64,000 bases of DNA, taken from positions 36,644,001 to 36,708,000 of the forward strand of contig NC_086108.1 in assembly GCF_963921235.1 (NCBI RefSeq), in the 5' to 3' direction. A program made the translations under genes and the position numbers. A model generated the notes under the pieces. The model had not been told where the DNA came from. It did not search any database and was given only the letters and a program-made list of their open reading frames with translations. Numbering within the stretch: the first letter of the stretch is position 1; every line of letters begins with the position of its first letter. Below are positions 62,540 to 64,000 of this stretch, piece after piece. The DNA is from Mobula hypostoma (taxonomy: Eukaryota).

Positions 62540-64000
62540 TGGCAGATGCATTGGCAATCACCAACCACAACATGCAAGTTAGAGCAGCCAAGTGTTATGA
62601 ATGTCAACCAAGGAGTCATATTGCAGCAGCATGCAAGTAACATAACAAATCAAATGATGAAGCAAAAGGCTCCTGAATGAAAATTGACGACGGTGATGAG
62701 GAAAATTCTACTTAGAGTTTATATGCTGCAAGCACACATCCTGAAAAGCAAGTGTTTTTTATCAATAGTGAACACATTGAGGTGAATTTGGTACTAATGC
62801 ATTTAGCCAATAATAAGCCAAGTCAAAATCAGTGTGCCTTAAAGTGGTAGTTGGGAGAAATTCCCAACTGTTGGGACACTTAATTTGCCCCTGGTTTGTA
62901 AGTGAGTGTGGGTGGCAAGATCAATATGCTGGGTCATTTGGAGGAAAGGTGCCAAACTAATGCTGAGTAGGATTGCTAAAAACATCAAAGTACCAATAGG
63001 CACAAGGTACTCTATTCTTACACTTACTTTCCCTATGGCTATGTCATCTCCTAAGGATTTCCAAGCCATCATGCACAAAATAATATGGGAGATGAGCCTC
63101 AGGCAATATATTAGTAGCCACATATACCAAAGAGGAGAAGCTTCAAGTGCGAACGCTGCAGTAGTTATCCTGGCACCAGATAAAACCAGAGATAAACAAG
63201 TGTGTTTTTGTACACCATTTAGGGTTTCCTCATCCTAAGAGTGGATGCACATGGTTTGCAGCCTGTATAAGGGGAAGTTCAAGACATGGCAAGTCCTCTG
63301 AAGCCTGAACTTGCATTTACATTGAGGTCATTATACACATTTCCTACCAAATGCAGCAATGATAATTTTTCCACTTCATCAGCTATTAAAAACTGATGTA
63401 CTGTAGAATGGGGTTAAAAAGTAAAAACGTGCCATTGTCATGAATATGATACAAGTAATGATGAAGATCTATATCTTTGTCCACCACAATACTTCCTAGA
63501 ATCCAGGACAGTGCATGAAGTTTTAGGATTTAATACTGGGGCAGTCATCACATGATTGATGATGAACAGGAAAGATACTTCCACTTTGCCTCATGAAATC
63601 TGAAAAAGTTTGAACATGCTTATACCCAGATAAAGAAGAAACTCTTGGTTTCATATTCAGTTCCTTCTTGAAGCTGAATGGTATACTAAAAGAAATAAAT
63701 CTCAAATCATTTCTGGATGTGAAGTTGGCAATGGCAGCGTCACAACTGCAAAGGTGGACAATTTTTCTAAAGCAGAATACAATGACAAGCTTTGTCCTGA
63801 TTATCTCAGAGATTAAAGCAATGATTGATGATCCTTTTGCAGTAGCTTCTGAAATTGCAGAACAAGTAAGAACAAATCAAATAGCGTGTTGTACTTACAA
63901 ATTAACTCTTAGATGGTAGTCAGAATGGAAAAACTTGTAAAAATGAAGAACTAAGTAATTTTTATTCTCAATGAAACAAATTAATATGTAATTACATTTG
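62540..64000 (+). mobile_element. Highly degraded Gypsy pol relic
   Basis: GTRYSILTLTFPMAMSSPKDFQAIMHKI (RT-like), YTQIKK (RNase H-like), MAASQLQRWTIFL. Confidence 0.6.

Noticed and set aside
62906..63238. 110-aa ORF as a novel protein
   Set aside because: Explained as a degraded Gypsy RT segment.

Overview
Vertebrate non-coding DNA made almost entirely of transposable elements. The mix of CR1, Rex1/Babar, RTE, Penelope-like, tRNA-SINE, Gypsy, hAT and Tigger elements is typical of a cartilaginous fish (shark or ray); this taxon call is inference. No host protein-coding gene could be recognised, and every long ORF maps to a retrotransposon or transposase relic. Main contents: young and old CR1 LINEs (two near-identical copies in inverted orientation), Rex1/Babar and RTE LINE fragments, a degenerate two-LTR Gypsy element (21162-27859) with a PNMA-like gag and a tRNA-Pro PBS, hAT/Buster and Tigger relics, and many Penelope-like (GIY-YIG) fragments. 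The most interesting signals are at the RNA level and invisible in the ORF track. (1) A 247-bp TSD-flanked non-coding insertion begins at the cleavage site of a twister-ribozyme motif and ends in an RTE-like tail (40606-40852). (2) A 99-bp TSD-flanked insertion is essentially an intact minimal hammerhead ribozyme plus tail (53628-53726). (3) Penelope copies recur as head-to-head inverted pairs carrying hammerheads; the best example is 55860-58419, with a 4x stutter at the junction. (4) An internally deleted RTE keeps a strongly structured 5' leader (43754-45265). Boundaries without a stated TSD are approximate, and family names come from motif recognition, not from a database search.
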